From: an uncultured Clostridia bacterium
Lineage (GTDB): Bacteria; Aerophobota; Aerophobia; Aerophobales; B3-G15
DNA: 38,730 bases
Assembly: GCA_964482715.1 (NCBI GenBank)
Contig: CAYZYX010000015.1
Coordinates: forward strand, 1-38,730
Direction of reading: 5' to 3'
The notes beneath the pieces are model-generated. The model did no database searches and was not told the DNA's origin. It saw only the letters and a list, made by a program, of their open reading frames with translations. Below, piece after piece: positions 27,281-37,249 of the stretch. Each line of letters begins with the position of its first letter. The first letter of the stretch is position 1. A program made the translations under genes and the position numbers.

Positions 27281-28825
27281 TCACTCCATCTCTACCAATT
27301 TTTCGTAAATAGGCAAAAGTGCCTTATAACTTTCTTTGAAAGTCTTATATAGTTTTTCATAGTAATTTCGGTACCTGAAATCTGGCTGATTGGTGAATTC
27401 TGATTTCACCAGTTTTTTGGCCTCCTTCAGCTCTTTAAACAAGCCTACAGCAACCCCTCCCGCGATAGCTGCTCCCAGTGAAGTTGCTTCTTCCACCAGA
27501 GCAGGTTTTTTTATTCTTTTATTATAAATATCAGCAAGAATCTGACAAAAAACAGGGCTTAGAGCTAATCCTCCAATTACGGTAATTTCTTTAGCTTCTT
27601 TTTGAAGGACTTCTTTTTCCAGAATATCAAGAATTATACGAAGGTTAAAGGCAATACCTTCAAGGGTTGCCCGGATAATGTGTTCTTTTTTGTGTTTAAC
27701 AGTTAATCCTATGTACGCACCCCGAGCTTTTGGATTCCAGTGAGGACTTCTTTCTCCCATTAGATAGGGCAAAAAGATGAGACTGTTTGCCCCTGGCGAA
27801 ACAGAAACCACCTTTGTATCCAGAATCTTGTAAGGATCAATTTCCGCCATTTCTGCCGCCCGGGTCTCCAGTTTACATAGATTTTCCTTAACCCACTGAT
27901 AAGAACCTCCAGCAGCCTGCATTGTACCCGCTGGCATGTAAAGCTCTGGATGAAGGTGATGAAAGGTGAATGTGCGCATTTCAGGGTCCTTCCCGGGGCT
28001 CTTACTGGCAACTGCTATCCATGATGAGGAGCCCAGGTAGTTGTAAAAACTACCTTCCTCAACCACTCCTGCTCCAACAGAAGCACAGGGGCCGTCTCCA
28101 CCTCCTATCACTACTGGAATTCCAGGGAGAAGTCCCATCATTTTTGCAGGTGCTGAAAGAATTTCACCTGCTACCTCTAAAGAGGAATGAAGTTCTGGTA
28201 AGATTTCGATCGGGATATCCGTTGCCTCTAAAATGGGTTCTGACCATTGCTTTTTTTCAAGGTCAAAAAGATTCATACCGGAAGCGTCCGAATAATCAGT
28301 AACAAATTTCCCTGTTAATTTAAAGATTATGTAATCTTTGGCGTGAAGGGTTTTAAAAGTATCTTTAAAAACTTCCGGTTCATTTTCTTTAACCCACATT
28401 ATTTTGCAGGCTGAGTAAGTGGGACTTATTCGGTGTCCGGTTATTCTGTAAACCTCCTTTTCTTCAATTTTTTCTCGAAAAAGTTTTGCCTGAGATTCAC
28501 CTCTCTGATCCGCCCAGATTATTGCTCGTCTCAGAGGGTAGCCTTTTCTGTCAACAGGAAGACAACCCATCATCTGTCCACTAAAACTGACACAGGCAAT
28601 CTGATGAGGGGATACTTTTGATTTTTTCAGTAGTGTCTGAGTTGAAACACAAACCGCCTTCCACCAATCGTTAGCTTCCTGCTCAGCCCAGTTGATCCGG
28701 GGATAATAGGTGGGGTAGGGATAAAAAGAGGAAGCCACCATATTCCCTTGAGGATCAAAAAGTGTAGCCTTATTACCTGTTGTCCCAAGGTCATGGGCTA
28801 AAATTAATGTTTTCATAGAAATCAC
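27281..28825 (-). CDS. FGGY-family carbohydrate kinase (xylulokinase-like)
   Basis: HDLGTTGNK, SGQM, WADQR, GGGDG, FLPYLMGERSP, LEG. Confidence 0.92.
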   Translation of the reverse strand: MISMKTLILAHDLGTTGNKATLFDPQGNMVASSFYPYPTYYPRINWAEQEANDWWKAVCVSTQTLLKKSKVSPHQIACVSFSGQMMGCLPVDRKGYPLRRAIIWADQRGESQAKLFREKIEEKEVYRITGHRISPTYSACKIMWVKENEPEVFKDTFKTLHAKDYIIFKLTGKFVTDYSDASGMNLFDLEKKQWSEPILEATDIPIEILPELHSSLEVAGEILSAPAKMMGLLPGIPVVIGGGDGPCASVGAGVVEEGSFYNYLGSSSWIAVASKSPGKDPEMRTFTFHHLHPELYMPAGTMQAAGGSYQWVKENLCKLETRAAEMAEIDPYKILDTKVVSVSPGANSLIFLPYLMGERSPHWNPKARGAYIGLTVKHKKEHIIRATLEGIAFNLRIILDILEKEVLQKEAKEITVIGGLALSPVFCQILADIYNKRIKKPALVEEATSLGAAIAGGVAVGLFKELKEAKKLVKSEFTNQPDFRYRNYYEKLYKTFKESYKALLPIYEKLVEME

Positions 28826-28874
28826 CTTAAAAGTTTTAAAAACAGGAAGGTTTATCTAAAATCACTGGTAACAC

Positions 28875-29930
28875 TTACTCTATGGGCATTTCTCCAAGTT
28901 CTACTCTTACCCGCAGGTAATCACCTTTTCTAAATATAAGAAGAGTTATTTTTTCTCCTATTTTCTTTTTTTTCATTATCTCCCTAAGATCTTGAGCATC
29001 TTCTACTCTTTGGCCATTTACTTCAAGAAGAACGTCTCCATCTCTGATTCCTCCTCTGGCTGCTGGTCCTCCAGGGACTACTTTAACGATATAAATTCCA
29101 GCATCAACAGGTAGATTGAATCTCTTTTTTATCTTGGATGTTATTGGAAGATAGTAAATTCCAAGCCACGGTCTTGTTACTTTGCCGTATTTGATTAGCT
29201 CGTCAATTATCTCTTTAGCAGTGTTAATGGGTATGGCAAAACCTATACCCTGTGCATAAGGTATTATGGCGGTGTTGATTCCAATAACCTCTCCTGAAAA
29301 ATTTATCAGTGGTCCTCCACTATTTCCGGGGTTAATTGGTGCATCGGTCTGAATTAAATTTTCCAGTATTTTTCCGGGTGCCGCTCCTATATTTCTTCCA
29401 GTTGCACTTATTACTCCAAATGTTACAGTGTTTTGCAATCCAAAAGGATTTCCGATAGCAATACAGAACTCCCCGGACTTTAATCTGTCAGAATCGCCCA
29501 ATTTGGCCACTGGCAAATCAGAAGCATTTATTTTTATGACAGCAAGATCAACACGGGGATCTGAACCAACAAGTTTTCCCTGAAATTCTCTTCCATCAGG
29601 CAGGACCACATTTATCTGTCTTGCTCCGTGAATAACATGTTCATTGGTTAGAATGTAACCTTCCTTGCTAAAAATGACCCCCGAACCCTGTCCTTCCTGG
29701 GGAACGATGTTAAAGAGAAAGTCGGTAGTGAATTGAACGGTTCTTATGTTTACAACTGCTGGTGCCACTTTTTCTGACGCCTTGATCAGGCTTTCCTGGA
29801 GAGCCTGGATTATATCCGGTCCGGTAGCCTCAGGAAATGAAACCTGACTTGACCCCGCTAAAAGTAAAATACTCAGAACTAACCCAACCCATGGCCCCAC
29901 CATTTTCTTTTTACCTGTCAAAAAAGACAT
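28875..29930 (-). CDS. HtrA/DegP-family serine protease with one PDZ domain
   Basis: TNEHV, DLAVIK, QTDAPINPGNSGG, C-terminal PDZ; N-terminal hydrophobic segment. Confidence 0.95.
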   Translation of the reverse strand: MSFLTGKKKMVGPWVGLVLSILLLAGSSQVSFPEATGPDIIQALQESLIKASEKVAPAVVNIRTVQFTTDFLFNIVPQEGQGSGVIFSKEGYILTNEHVIHGARQINVVLPDGREFQGKLVGSDPRVDLAVIKINASDLPVAKLGDSDRLKSGEFCIAIGNPFGLQNTVTFGVISATGRNIGAAPGKILENLIQTDAPINPGNSGGPLINFSGEVIGINTAIIPYAQGIGFAIPINTAKEIIDELIKYGKVTRPWLGIYYLPITSKIKKRFNLPVDAGIYIVKVVPGGPAARGGIRDGDVLLEVNGQRVEDAQDLREIMKKKKIGEKITLLIFRKGDYLRVRVELGEMPIE

Positions 29931-29974
29931 TTTGCACTTCCTTGCCTTTTATTTTTCAACGATCTTCTTGGGTC

Positions 29975-30003
29975 ATTATAGGAATCTCTTTTTTGAATGT
30001 CAA
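29975..30003 (-). promoter_or_regulatory. Consensus sigma70 promoter upstream of htrA
   Basis: TTGACA-17 bp-TATAAT on the minus strand. Confidence 0.8.
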
Positions 30004-30015
30004 TATCTGGCTGTT

Positions 30016-31473
30016 TCAAATTGAGATCATCTTTATGTTTCCACTGGGTTTATCGAGTTCCTTTTTGATTCCGCTGGTTAAGACGACAAGTTCTCCTTTC
30101 TTTATTAGGTTTTTTTTGACCAGTTCTTCAAGGAATACCTCATAATGGGTCTCCACGTTGTCTACTTTTGTAACTGTTAAAACTTCAACGCCCCAGTAAA
30201 GTATAAGTTCCTTTGCCACAGGTAAATCAGGTGTAAGAGCAATAATTCTGGCTCGAGGCCTGTACTTGGACACAATTCTTGCTGTATTTCCAGAAAGAGT
30301 AAAGACAACTATTACATTAGCTTTCACAAGTTCGGCAAGCTGGCGAGTGACAAAGCCTATAGAATCGGCAATAGTTGCTGGAGGAGGGATCTCCCTTATT
30401 TTGAGAAGCTCTTCATACTTTAAAGAAGCTTCACAGGTTACAGCTATACGGTGCATCTCCTTTACCGCCTCCTCGGGATAAAGACCAATTGCTGTTTCCC
30501 CGGATAGCATTAAAAGGTCCGTGCCATCCATAATGGCATTGGCTACATCGGCTACTTCAGCTCGGGTGGGTTGATGGTTTCGAATCATTGAATCGAGCAT
30601 TTGAGTTGCAGTTATTACAGGTTTTCCCATTTGATTGCACTTTCGGATAATCATCTTCTGGATTAAAGGAACCTGAGCTCGAGGCAGGCAAACCCCCATA
30701 TCCCCTCGTGCAATCATTATCCCATTTGCAACTTGAATTATTTCCTCAATATTCTCGACCCCTTTGCTATCTTCTATCTTAGCGAGAACCTTTATTTCTT
30801 CTCTTTTCTCTTTTTTGAGGATATTTTTTATTAAGTCAATATCTTTAGCAGAGCGAACAAAGGACTGGGCAATATAATCGACTCCCAATTCTATGCCTGT
30901 TCTGATATCCTGTTTGTCCTTTTCGGTTAAACAGGGAAATTCAAGATTCACTCCCGGAACATGGATTCCTTTTCGTTCTCCCAGCGGACCTGCTGTGATT
31001 ACCCGGGTGGTAATCTTTCCTGGCGAAACTTTTTTAATTTTAAGTTCTATATTTCCATCATCAATAAAAATTCTATCTCCTGGTTTAACGAATTTGTAAA
31101 GCTGAGGATAGGAAATACTTACCTCTCTGTTATTTCCTGGTTTATTTTCAGAGACAAGGTCCAAAAAATCACCTTCCTTTAAAAAGACCTTTTTACCCTT
31201 CTCTAAAGGGCCAGTTCTGATTTTATAACCTTCGAGATCTTGAAGCACTCCCAAAGGTTTACCTATTTCTTGAGAGATTTTTCTTACAAATTGCAGGTGT
31301 CTTTTATGTTCCTGAGCGGTTCCGTGAGAAAAATTAAGGCGAGCTATGTCCATTCCAGCTAAAGCCAGTTTTTTGATCATATCTTTACTACTTGTTGCAG
31401 GTCCAAGGGTGCAAATTATCTTTGTTTTTCTCAAATTATTTTTTTCCTGAGAGGTTATTTCAGAAATCACCAT
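30016..31473 (-). CDS. pyk: Pyruvate kinase
   Basis: TKIICTLGPA, RLNFSHG, AKIE, IARGDMG, ATQMLDSM, MLSGETA. Confidence 0.97.
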   Translation of the reverse strand: MVISEITSQEKNNLRKTKIICTLGPATSSKDMIKKLALAGMDIARLNFSHGTAQEHKRHLQFVRKISQEIGKPLGVLQDLEGYKIRTGPLEKGKKVFLKEGDFLDLVSENKPGNNREVSISYPQLYKFVKPGDRIFIDDGNIELKIKKVSPGKITTRVITAGPLGERKGIHVPGVNLEFPCLTEKDKQDIRTGIELGVDYIAQSFVRSAKDIDLIKNILKKEKREEIKVLAKIEDSKGVENIEEIIQVANGIMIARGDMGVCLPRAQVPLIQKMIIRKCNQMGKPVITATQMLDSMIRNHQPTRAEVADVANAIMDGTDLLMLSGETAIGLYPEEAVKEMHRIAVTCEASLKYEELLKIREIPPPATIADSIGFVTRQLAELVKANVIVVFTLSGNTARIVSKYRPRARIIALTPDLPVAKELILYWGVEVLTVTKVDNVETHYEVFLEELVKKNLIKKGELVVLTSGIKKELDKPSGNIKMISI

Positions 31474-33200
31474 GTTCCTCCTCCTCCACCTCCAAATCCT
31501 CCTCCGCTGAATCCCCCTCCCAAACCACTACCTCCTGAAGAAGCTGAAGTTCGGGGTGGAGAGGAGGAAAAGGTATCTCCCATGACCCTTAATCCTTCTC
31601 CCAGATCAGCAACAAGAAGACCGGTATAAAAACCTCGTGCTGGCCAGGTGGAAGATTCATACCAGCTGGGTGGTTCCCGATAAAGACCCTCAAAAGCCTC
31701 AGCCCATTCATCGGCAACTCCAAGAACCATAGCATAGGGCAGAGTTCTTTCAAACAAAGTAGGGTCTTTTTTGGATAGTTTTTCTATACGGTCCTTTTCA
31801 ACTCTCTGGATGAACTCTTTTAATCCCATAAGATGATAAAAGATGTTTACCCCTTTGGCTGTAAGCCTTGGCATGACAAAGGAAAAGGCTATAATAATGG
31901 CTCCCGAAGCAGGTAGACAGATTAACAGGTCCAGTCTTCCCCAGAATTGAGCCAGAAAAACACCACCGATTAACAGAATTAAACCCCAGGTGAGGTAATT
32001 TTTCCTGATTTTCTGCGGATGAGCGGCAAAATATCCCTTATTGGTAAGCTCCCGGTAGATGGAATCTCTAATGGAGGGAAGATACACGTAAAATCTGTTT
32101 TTAAGAGAAGAAAGACGAACCTCTTTTTTGCCACCTTCAAAGATTCCCATAAGAAAAGATTTTTCATGTGACTTTAACTTATTATCATGAGGATAGTCTT
32201 CTTTCAAAAGGATGAAAATGTAGTCTTTCTTAGATAGAAAGAGAAGTTTAGGTGTTGTTATCTGTTTAATCTTCATGTAACCTCTCACAGCAAGGTCAAC
32301 AACCATGGCGGTAATATCGGTAAGATCCACTCTTTCATCCATAATTGTACCTGCTTCTGAAGGAGTAATTTGAGCTGGAGGATGGTATCTCACCATAATA
32401 GAGCGGGAGACTTTTGGATTTCTCCCTTTTGTTAACCAGAGCCAAAACATAAAGAAGAAGATAGCTACAGGAAGGACAAAGATTCCGTTATCCTGGATAA
32501 ACCAGAAAGTTTTTAGTAAAAATGAGGGCTTTTTTAAATAGCCCTTAGGGAAAGAAACAACAATTGTAAGTCCTTCTCTTGGTCCAAGCTCATCTGAGAA
32601 AAAGACAAGACTACCATCTTCCTGATAAACCTTTGCTTTTGAGGTAGTTGTTCCTCGAGGTCCGGTAAAACTTTTCCAGTTTAATTCATCAAAAGGAATA
32701 TCCTCCGGCAACTTAATAGCAGCCTTTGCGCTTCTTATCGGAACATCCCATTCATCACCGGTGACGTTCCAGTAAAATTCATCGTGATCGCCAAAGTAGT
32801 TTATAGCCCGGTTTACCTGGTAGAGGATATAGTAGGTCTTAATTCCTTTAACGTAGTGGTTGGGATCACCAATTCTTATTCTTAAGTATCTTCCCTCCTT
32901 TGTAACCTTATAAGGATATGTTTTTCCTTTCTCGTCTTCCACCGAGATCACTCCTAACCGAAGATTAAAATTTGTAAAACCACGTTTGTATTTTACCGGT
33001 ATTTCCCTGTAAATTCCGTGGTGAAGTTCTGACTCAAAATTTACTGTAATTCTTTCCATTACAATGAGGCTGCTATCTTTGTTAATGGTGATTTCAGAGG
33101 TAAAATCATTTATTTCCCAGCACAGAGCTTCGGAAACATAGAAAAAACTCCACAAGAAGAAAATAAACGATAAAAAAACAACTGGTTTTTTATTGTTCAT
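31467..33200 (-). CDS. DUF2207-family membrane protein
   Basis: Signal peptide, YWNVTG..W, DLAVRGY, LPYAMVLGV, Gly/Ser-rich tail ending GGGGGTW; follows lemA. Confidence 0.9.
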   Translation of the reverse strand: MNNKKPVVFLSFIFFLWSFFYVSEALCWEINDFTSEITINKDSSLIVMERITVNFESELHHGIYREIPVKYKRGFTNFNLRLGVISVEDEKGKTYPYKVTKEGRYLRIRIGDPNHYVKGIKTYYILYQVNRAINYFGDHDEFYWNVTGDEWDVPIRSAKAAIKLPEDIPFDELNWKSFTGPRGTTTSKAKVYQEDGSLVFFSDELGPREGLTIVVSFPKGYLKKPSFLLKTFWFIQDNGIFVLPVAIFFFMFWLWLTKGRNPKVSRSIMVRYHPPAQITPSEAGTIMDERVDLTDITAMVVDLAVRGYMKIKQITTPKLLFLSKKDYIFILLKEDYPHDNKLKSHEKSFLMGIFEGGKKEVRLSSLKNRFYVYLPSIRDSIYRELTNKGYFAAHPQKIRKNYLTWGLILLIGGVFLAQFWGRLDLLICLPASGAIIIAFSFVMPRLTAKGVNIFYHLMGLKEFIQRVEKDRIEKLSKKDPTLFERTLPYAMVLGVADEWAEAFEGLYREPPSWYESSTWPARGFYTGLLVADLGEGLRVMGDTFSSSPPRTSASSGGSGLGGGFSGGGFGGGGGGTW

Positions 33201-33209
33201 TTTTTGCTC

Positions 33210-33767
33210 TTAAAACTTAACTTTAACGACCTCTCTTTCAGACTCCGAAGGAAGGAGAAAGTATTCTGCTTTTTTAAATCCAAACCATCGGGCAATTAAA
33301 TTACTGGGGAAAGCCTCTGTCATCACGTTCATATCGCGAACTACAGCGTTGTAATAGCGACGAGCAAGCTGTATATCTTCTTCCAGTTTTGATAGAGTTG
33401 ATTGTAGTTCTACGAAGTTTTTATTTGCCTTTAAGTCAGGATAATTTTCAGCAAGAGCAAAAAGACTTTTTAAAGTTGAAGAAAGAAAATTCTCGGCTTC
33501 TCCTTTTTTTCTACCAGGTTCAGTAACCTGCATAGCCTGACTTCTTGCCTTTACCACCTCCTGAAGAGTTTTTCTTTCATGAGAAGCATAACCTTTGACT
33601 GTCTCCACAAGATTGGGAATTAAGTCATAACGTCTTTTAAGTTGTACATCCACATCTGACCAGGCTTGTTTAACTCGATATTTTAACCTGACCATTTTGT
33701 TGTAAGTTGCTACTATCCAGATCAAAATACCTACAATTACTACAACCAAAATCATAACTGCTATCAT
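33210..33767 (-). CDS. lemA: LemA-family protein
   Basis: N-terminal TM, LKRRYDLIPNLVETVKGYA, ENYPDLKAN, RRYYN, FPSN. Confidence 0.96.
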   Translation of the reverse strand: MIAVMILVVVIVGILIWIVATYNKMVRLKYRVKQAWSDVDVQLKRRYDLIPNLVETVKGYASHERKTLQEVVKARSQAMQVTEPGRKKGEAENFLSSTLKSLFALAENYPDLKANKNFVELQSTLSKLEEDIQLARRYYNAVVRDMNVMTEAFPSNLIARWFGFKKAEYFLLPSESEREVVKVKF

Positions 33768-33805
33768 CTCTTCCTCTCTTTTCTTTAATCTTTTTGGATG
33801 CCTTC

Positions 33806-33833
33806 ATCATATCTTTACTTTTAAAGCAGTCAA
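33806..33833 (-). promoter_or_regulatory. Putative sigma70 promoter of lemA-DUF2207-pyk
   Basis: TTGACT-16 bp-TATGAT on the minus strand. Confidence 0.6.
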
Positions 33834-33924
33834 GTATTCACATTTAACAAATTTTTTAATTATGCTATTATAAATTTCAAATTAGAAAACAAAAGATTAC
33901 AAAACAAAAGGAGGGAGGGAGTAA

Positions 33925-34197
33925 ATGAACAAACAAGAGCTCATAACTGAGGTGTCAGGTAAAGTAGGGATAACCAAAAAGGATGTGGCTAACGTGATAG
34001 ACGCGATTACTCAAACTATCACTGATGCTCTTTCTAAAGGGGAAAGAGTTACTCTGGTTGGTTTTGGCACTTTTGAAGTAATGGAGAGAAAGGCACGAAG
34101 AGGTGTGAATCCTCGAACTAAAGCATCCATACAGATTCCGGCTAAAAAAGTTCCTAAATTTAGACCGGGAAAAGATTTGAGAGAAAAAGTAAGTTAA
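33925..34197 (+). CDS. hup: DNA-binding protein HU
   Basis: MNKQELI, LVGFGTF, GVNPRT, VPKFRPGK; strong RBS. Confidence 0.96.
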   Translation: MNKQELITEVSGKVGITKKDVANVIDAITQTITDALSKGERVTLVGFGTFEVMERKARRGVNPRTKASIQIPAKKVPKFRPGKDLREKVS

Positions 34198-34343
34198 TTT
34201 TTTAGAGGATAGTTAGTTCCAATACATTTTCTTTTTCCTAAGACAAAAAGAGGGAAGGTTATAATTTTTTGATTTTATCCTGAGCTGATAAAATAGTATT
34301 TCCAAGAAAAAGGTACTTGTAAAGAAAAACAAAAAGTGAAAGG

Positions 34344-34820
34344 TTATTCTTTCAGGAAGAGAAGTTGGCAGTAAGAAGATCCCCTGCACAGAGCGGAGTC
34401 AATTTTCACCCTTAAAGGAAGGGAAAATTCATTAACCCAGGTTTGAAAATCAATTTTACAGATAACATCAATTGAAAGATGTTCTCTTTTTGATTTTTTG
34501 ACTATCTCGTACCAGGGGCAGCTCTGAATTACAAGGATAGGAGGGTCGTTTTCGATTTTTTGATGGAAGTTGTATCCTTCTGCTTCTAATTTCAATTTGA
34601 GAGCTTTAAAGAGATTGGTAGTAGTGTTACGGTTTATTCCGAGTAACTTTTTCGCCTCTCTGGCTTGAATTTTTGGAAGTATCTCCCAGACTTCTTTATC
34701 TACCGCGAATGCCTTTTCTGGAGAAAGGTATTTTTCCATCATTAAAAACCACAAACCATCGGTGGCAAAATATGAACGTCTCAGGTACTGTATTTTATTG
34801 TTCTTATCCTTTTTATCCAT
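34344..34820 (-). CDS. Hypothetical protein, DUF6125-like (V4R-type Cys pattern)
   Basis: DGLWF, D.EVW, CPW, C..DF, and C-terminal CRG...C. Confidence 0.65.
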   Translation of the reverse strand: MDKKDKNNKIQYLRRSYFATDGLWFLMMEKYLSPEKAFAVDKEVWEILPKIQAREAKKLLGINRNTTTNLFKALKLKLEAEGYNFHQKIENDPPILVIQSCPWYEIVKKSKREHLSIDVICKIDFQTWVNEFSLPLRVKIDSALCRGSSYCQLLFLKE

Positions 34821-34894
34821 TTGCGTTGCTTTTTAACTTATTTTAACATAAAATCCCAAAGGTGAAAAGAAAGAATATTTTATGATAAAGAAAG

Positions 34895-36874
34895 ATGAAT
34901 AAAACAGTAGGATTTTTTCTTTTTTTCTTGTTTTTTTGCTGGGGATTTATTCCTTTGTATGCTGATCTTCAAAAGGAGATAAATCTGCTCGAGAAAATGC
35001 AGCTGCAGATTGATATGATGGAAAGAGAACTGTTCGAGAAAATTTCACTGGCAAGAGAAAAAAATATTTCTGTGGTGGAAGATCCGGATAGAATAAGAGA
35101 GAAGATTGATGTTTTAAGAAAAAAACTCAACCTGAAACTGGACGAGCTGGAGCCTTTAAGAAAAAGAATGAGAAGAAAGACACTTCAGGATAAGCTGAAT
35201 CTACTGGAATATGAAATAGGAAGAGAGAGGTTAAAGAATATAGATAAGGAAATTTCTACTCTTCAAAAAAGATACATTGAAGCTCTGGATATGACCGATA
35301 TCTCCTATGGAGATGTGGAATTTGCCCTTTACATTAGTGAAAAAGGAAAAGATAATTTTTCTGAGGCGGACATCATTCCCTATTTTGAAAAGAAGCTACT
35401 TAGAGAGTTTGTCAAAAATAATGTAGGTACAGTATTTTTTCTTACTATAGATAATTCATTTGATTACTACAACTTACCTCTGGAAGATTTTGTTCCCTGG
35501 GCTAAAAATATTCCTCCTTTTGTAAGTTCGGCTTACAAACAGGCTTTTTTGTATGAAAGAATAGCCACTACTTTAAAAGAAAAAAGTTTGAAGCTTAAAG
35601 AAAAAGGATACCTTACTCCAGTAGCTATAATACTTCACTTTAATGCAGATGGAGGGACTTTATTTACACTTCCTCGCCAGGTCAATGATCCCAGGGCTGG
35701 AAAGCTTTATCCTGATCTTGATAACCTTAAGTTCTTCTATCCTCCTCCGGATAAATTTATATCCAGAATCAGAAAAGATATGAAGTTTCGCTTGAGCCAA
35801 TCTCTATATGAACTTGACCAGTTAAAGGAAGAATCCGATCCTAATTATCTGGCTGGTAAAATTGAGGTTTTGATTGACAGAGTGAAAAAGGAGCTTGACT
35901 CCTTGAAAAAGAGATTTTCCAGTGGCTACTACAAGCTTCAAGCCTCTCCTTATGGAAATTACAACATAAAAGAGAAATTAGGCCAGACATATAGAGAAAT
36001 CTGGGAAGGATTAGGAGAAGGGCTTAATCCTAAAAGGGTTAACATGCTGGATACTTCTGTTGCCGCACGATATGGGATTCAGGCTTATCTTCTGGAGGTT
36101 GATAATCTCCAGAATACATCTCCTGCCAGAATGGAAAAAATTGCCAGAAGATTGGTAAAAAATTACAGAAAAGTTATAGCGAAAATAGCTCAGAAAGAAG
36201 GTAAATCAGAGGAAACCGTAAAAAATACAAGTTGTCTTCTGTTTATCCCGGGTGAGATACTTACCGATCCCAATCAGGCCTTTGCCCGGTTTACTCATTA
36301 CAGAAAACTGGCCAAACAGATAGAAGATAGAGAAAAGAAAAATCCTTATCTGGAGCAACTGTCACAAGAAATCAGAAAGTATGAAGAAGTTCGGCAAGTA
36401 AAGGTGGAGCTTGAAAAGCTAAATCTGGAAAGAGAATCTTTGATTTACGTGAAGAATGACAATCTCAATATAAAAAGAGAGATTGACAGGTTAGTTTATG
36501 CTCTGAAAGTGAATGAGGAAATTTTGGGACTGAGGAAGAAAATAGATACCGCTAAAGAGAATTTGAGACTAAAAAAGATTTTTGTTTATCATCGTTATAA
36601 CATTGACTCACCTTATCTTCCCCTGGGTATCGTCTCTTACCAAGCTGGAAAACCACTTACAGGAATTTTCTTTACTTTAACGGAAGGGTATCTTTTATAT
36701 TCAGGAGTAAAGGAGCAGGATGGAACCAAGATTGGGTTAGGTTTTATTATTGCTCTGTTAGAGATTATGCACAACCGTGATATAGCTTCTGAATTTAACC
36801 AGAATCTATATCAAAAATTAAAATTAACACCAGAAGAGGACAGAATGTCTATCTTTCTGAGCTTGAAATTTTAA
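34895..36874 (+). CDS. Exported coiled-coil protein with a possible divergent Amidase_3 domain
   Basis: 659-aa ORF with signal peptide, K/E-rich heptad regions, and AIILHFNA and AYLLEVDNLQN motifs. Confidence 0.7.
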   Translation: MNKTVGFFLFFLFFCWGFIPLYADLQKEINLLEKMQLQIDMMERELFEKISLAREKNISVVEDPDRIREKIDVLRKKLNLKLDELEPLRKRMRRKTLQDKLNLLEYEIGRERLKNIDKEISTLQKRYIEALDMTDISYGDVEFALYISEKGKDNFSEADIIPYFEKKLLREFVKNNVGTVFFLTIDNSFDYYNLPLEDFVPWAKNIPPFVSSAYKQAFLYERIATTLKEKSLKLKEKGYLTPVAIILHFNADGGTLFTLPRQVNDPRAGKLYPDLDNLKFFYPPPDKFISRIRKDMKFRLSQSLYELDQLKEESDPNYLAGKIEVLIDRVKKELDSLKKRFSSGYYKLQASPYGNYNIKEKLGQTYREIWEGLGEGLNPKRVNMLDTSVAARYGIQAYLLEVDNLQNTSPARMEKIARRLVKNYRKVIAKIAQKEGKSEETVKNTSCLLFIPGEILTDPNQAFARFTHYRKLAKQIEDREKKNPYLEQLSQEIRKYEEVRQVKVELEKLNLERESLIYVKNDNLNIKREIDRLVYALKVNEEILGLRKKIDTAKENLRLKKIFVYHRYNIDSPYLPLGIVSYQAGKPLTGIFFTLTEGYLLYSGVKEQDGTKIGLGFIIALLEIMHNRDIASEFNQNLYQKLKLTPEEDRMSIFLSLKF

Positions 36875-36889
36875 AGTTTAAAACATGAA

Positions 36890-37249
36890 TTGAAGAGGTC
36901 AAAAATGCCCCGGAGGTCTTTAGAAGAGATAGTAAAAAAACGTCTCAAACAGTACAAAACAGAAAGAGTTGTTCTCGTGATTCTCATCGCATTAGGAGTA
37001 ATCCTGACGTTCGCCGGGATAGGGGTGTACTTTTATGTTGGTGAGCTAACTGTTGTGCAAAAGGTGTTTGCAACACCTCCAAAAAATTTTATCATCTCTC
37101 AGCTTAGACTTTTGTGCAACTTTGCAAGGGTTTTAGGAATTGTTTTCTTACTTGTGGGTGTACTTGCTATAATTTTTGCCCTGGATAGATTGACCTTTTC
37201 AAGGGAGTCCTACAGAATGGCTCTGTATATCAATCGTCAGAAAAAATAA
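36890..37249 (+). CDS. Small hypothetical membrane protein (2 TM)
   Basis: Two hydrophobic segments; 15 bp after the upstream stop; start could be ATG at 36905. Confidence 0.7.
   Translation: MKRSKMPRRSLEEIVKKRLKQYKTERVVLVILIALGVILTFAGIGVYFYVGELTVVQKVFATPPKNFIISQLRLLCNFARVLGIVFLLVGVLAIIFALDRLTFSRESYRMALYINRQKK

Noticed and set aside
1631-32167. Many 60-120 aa ORFs nested in or antisense to long genes
   Set aside because: They overlap confidently identified CDSs and have no recognisable motifs
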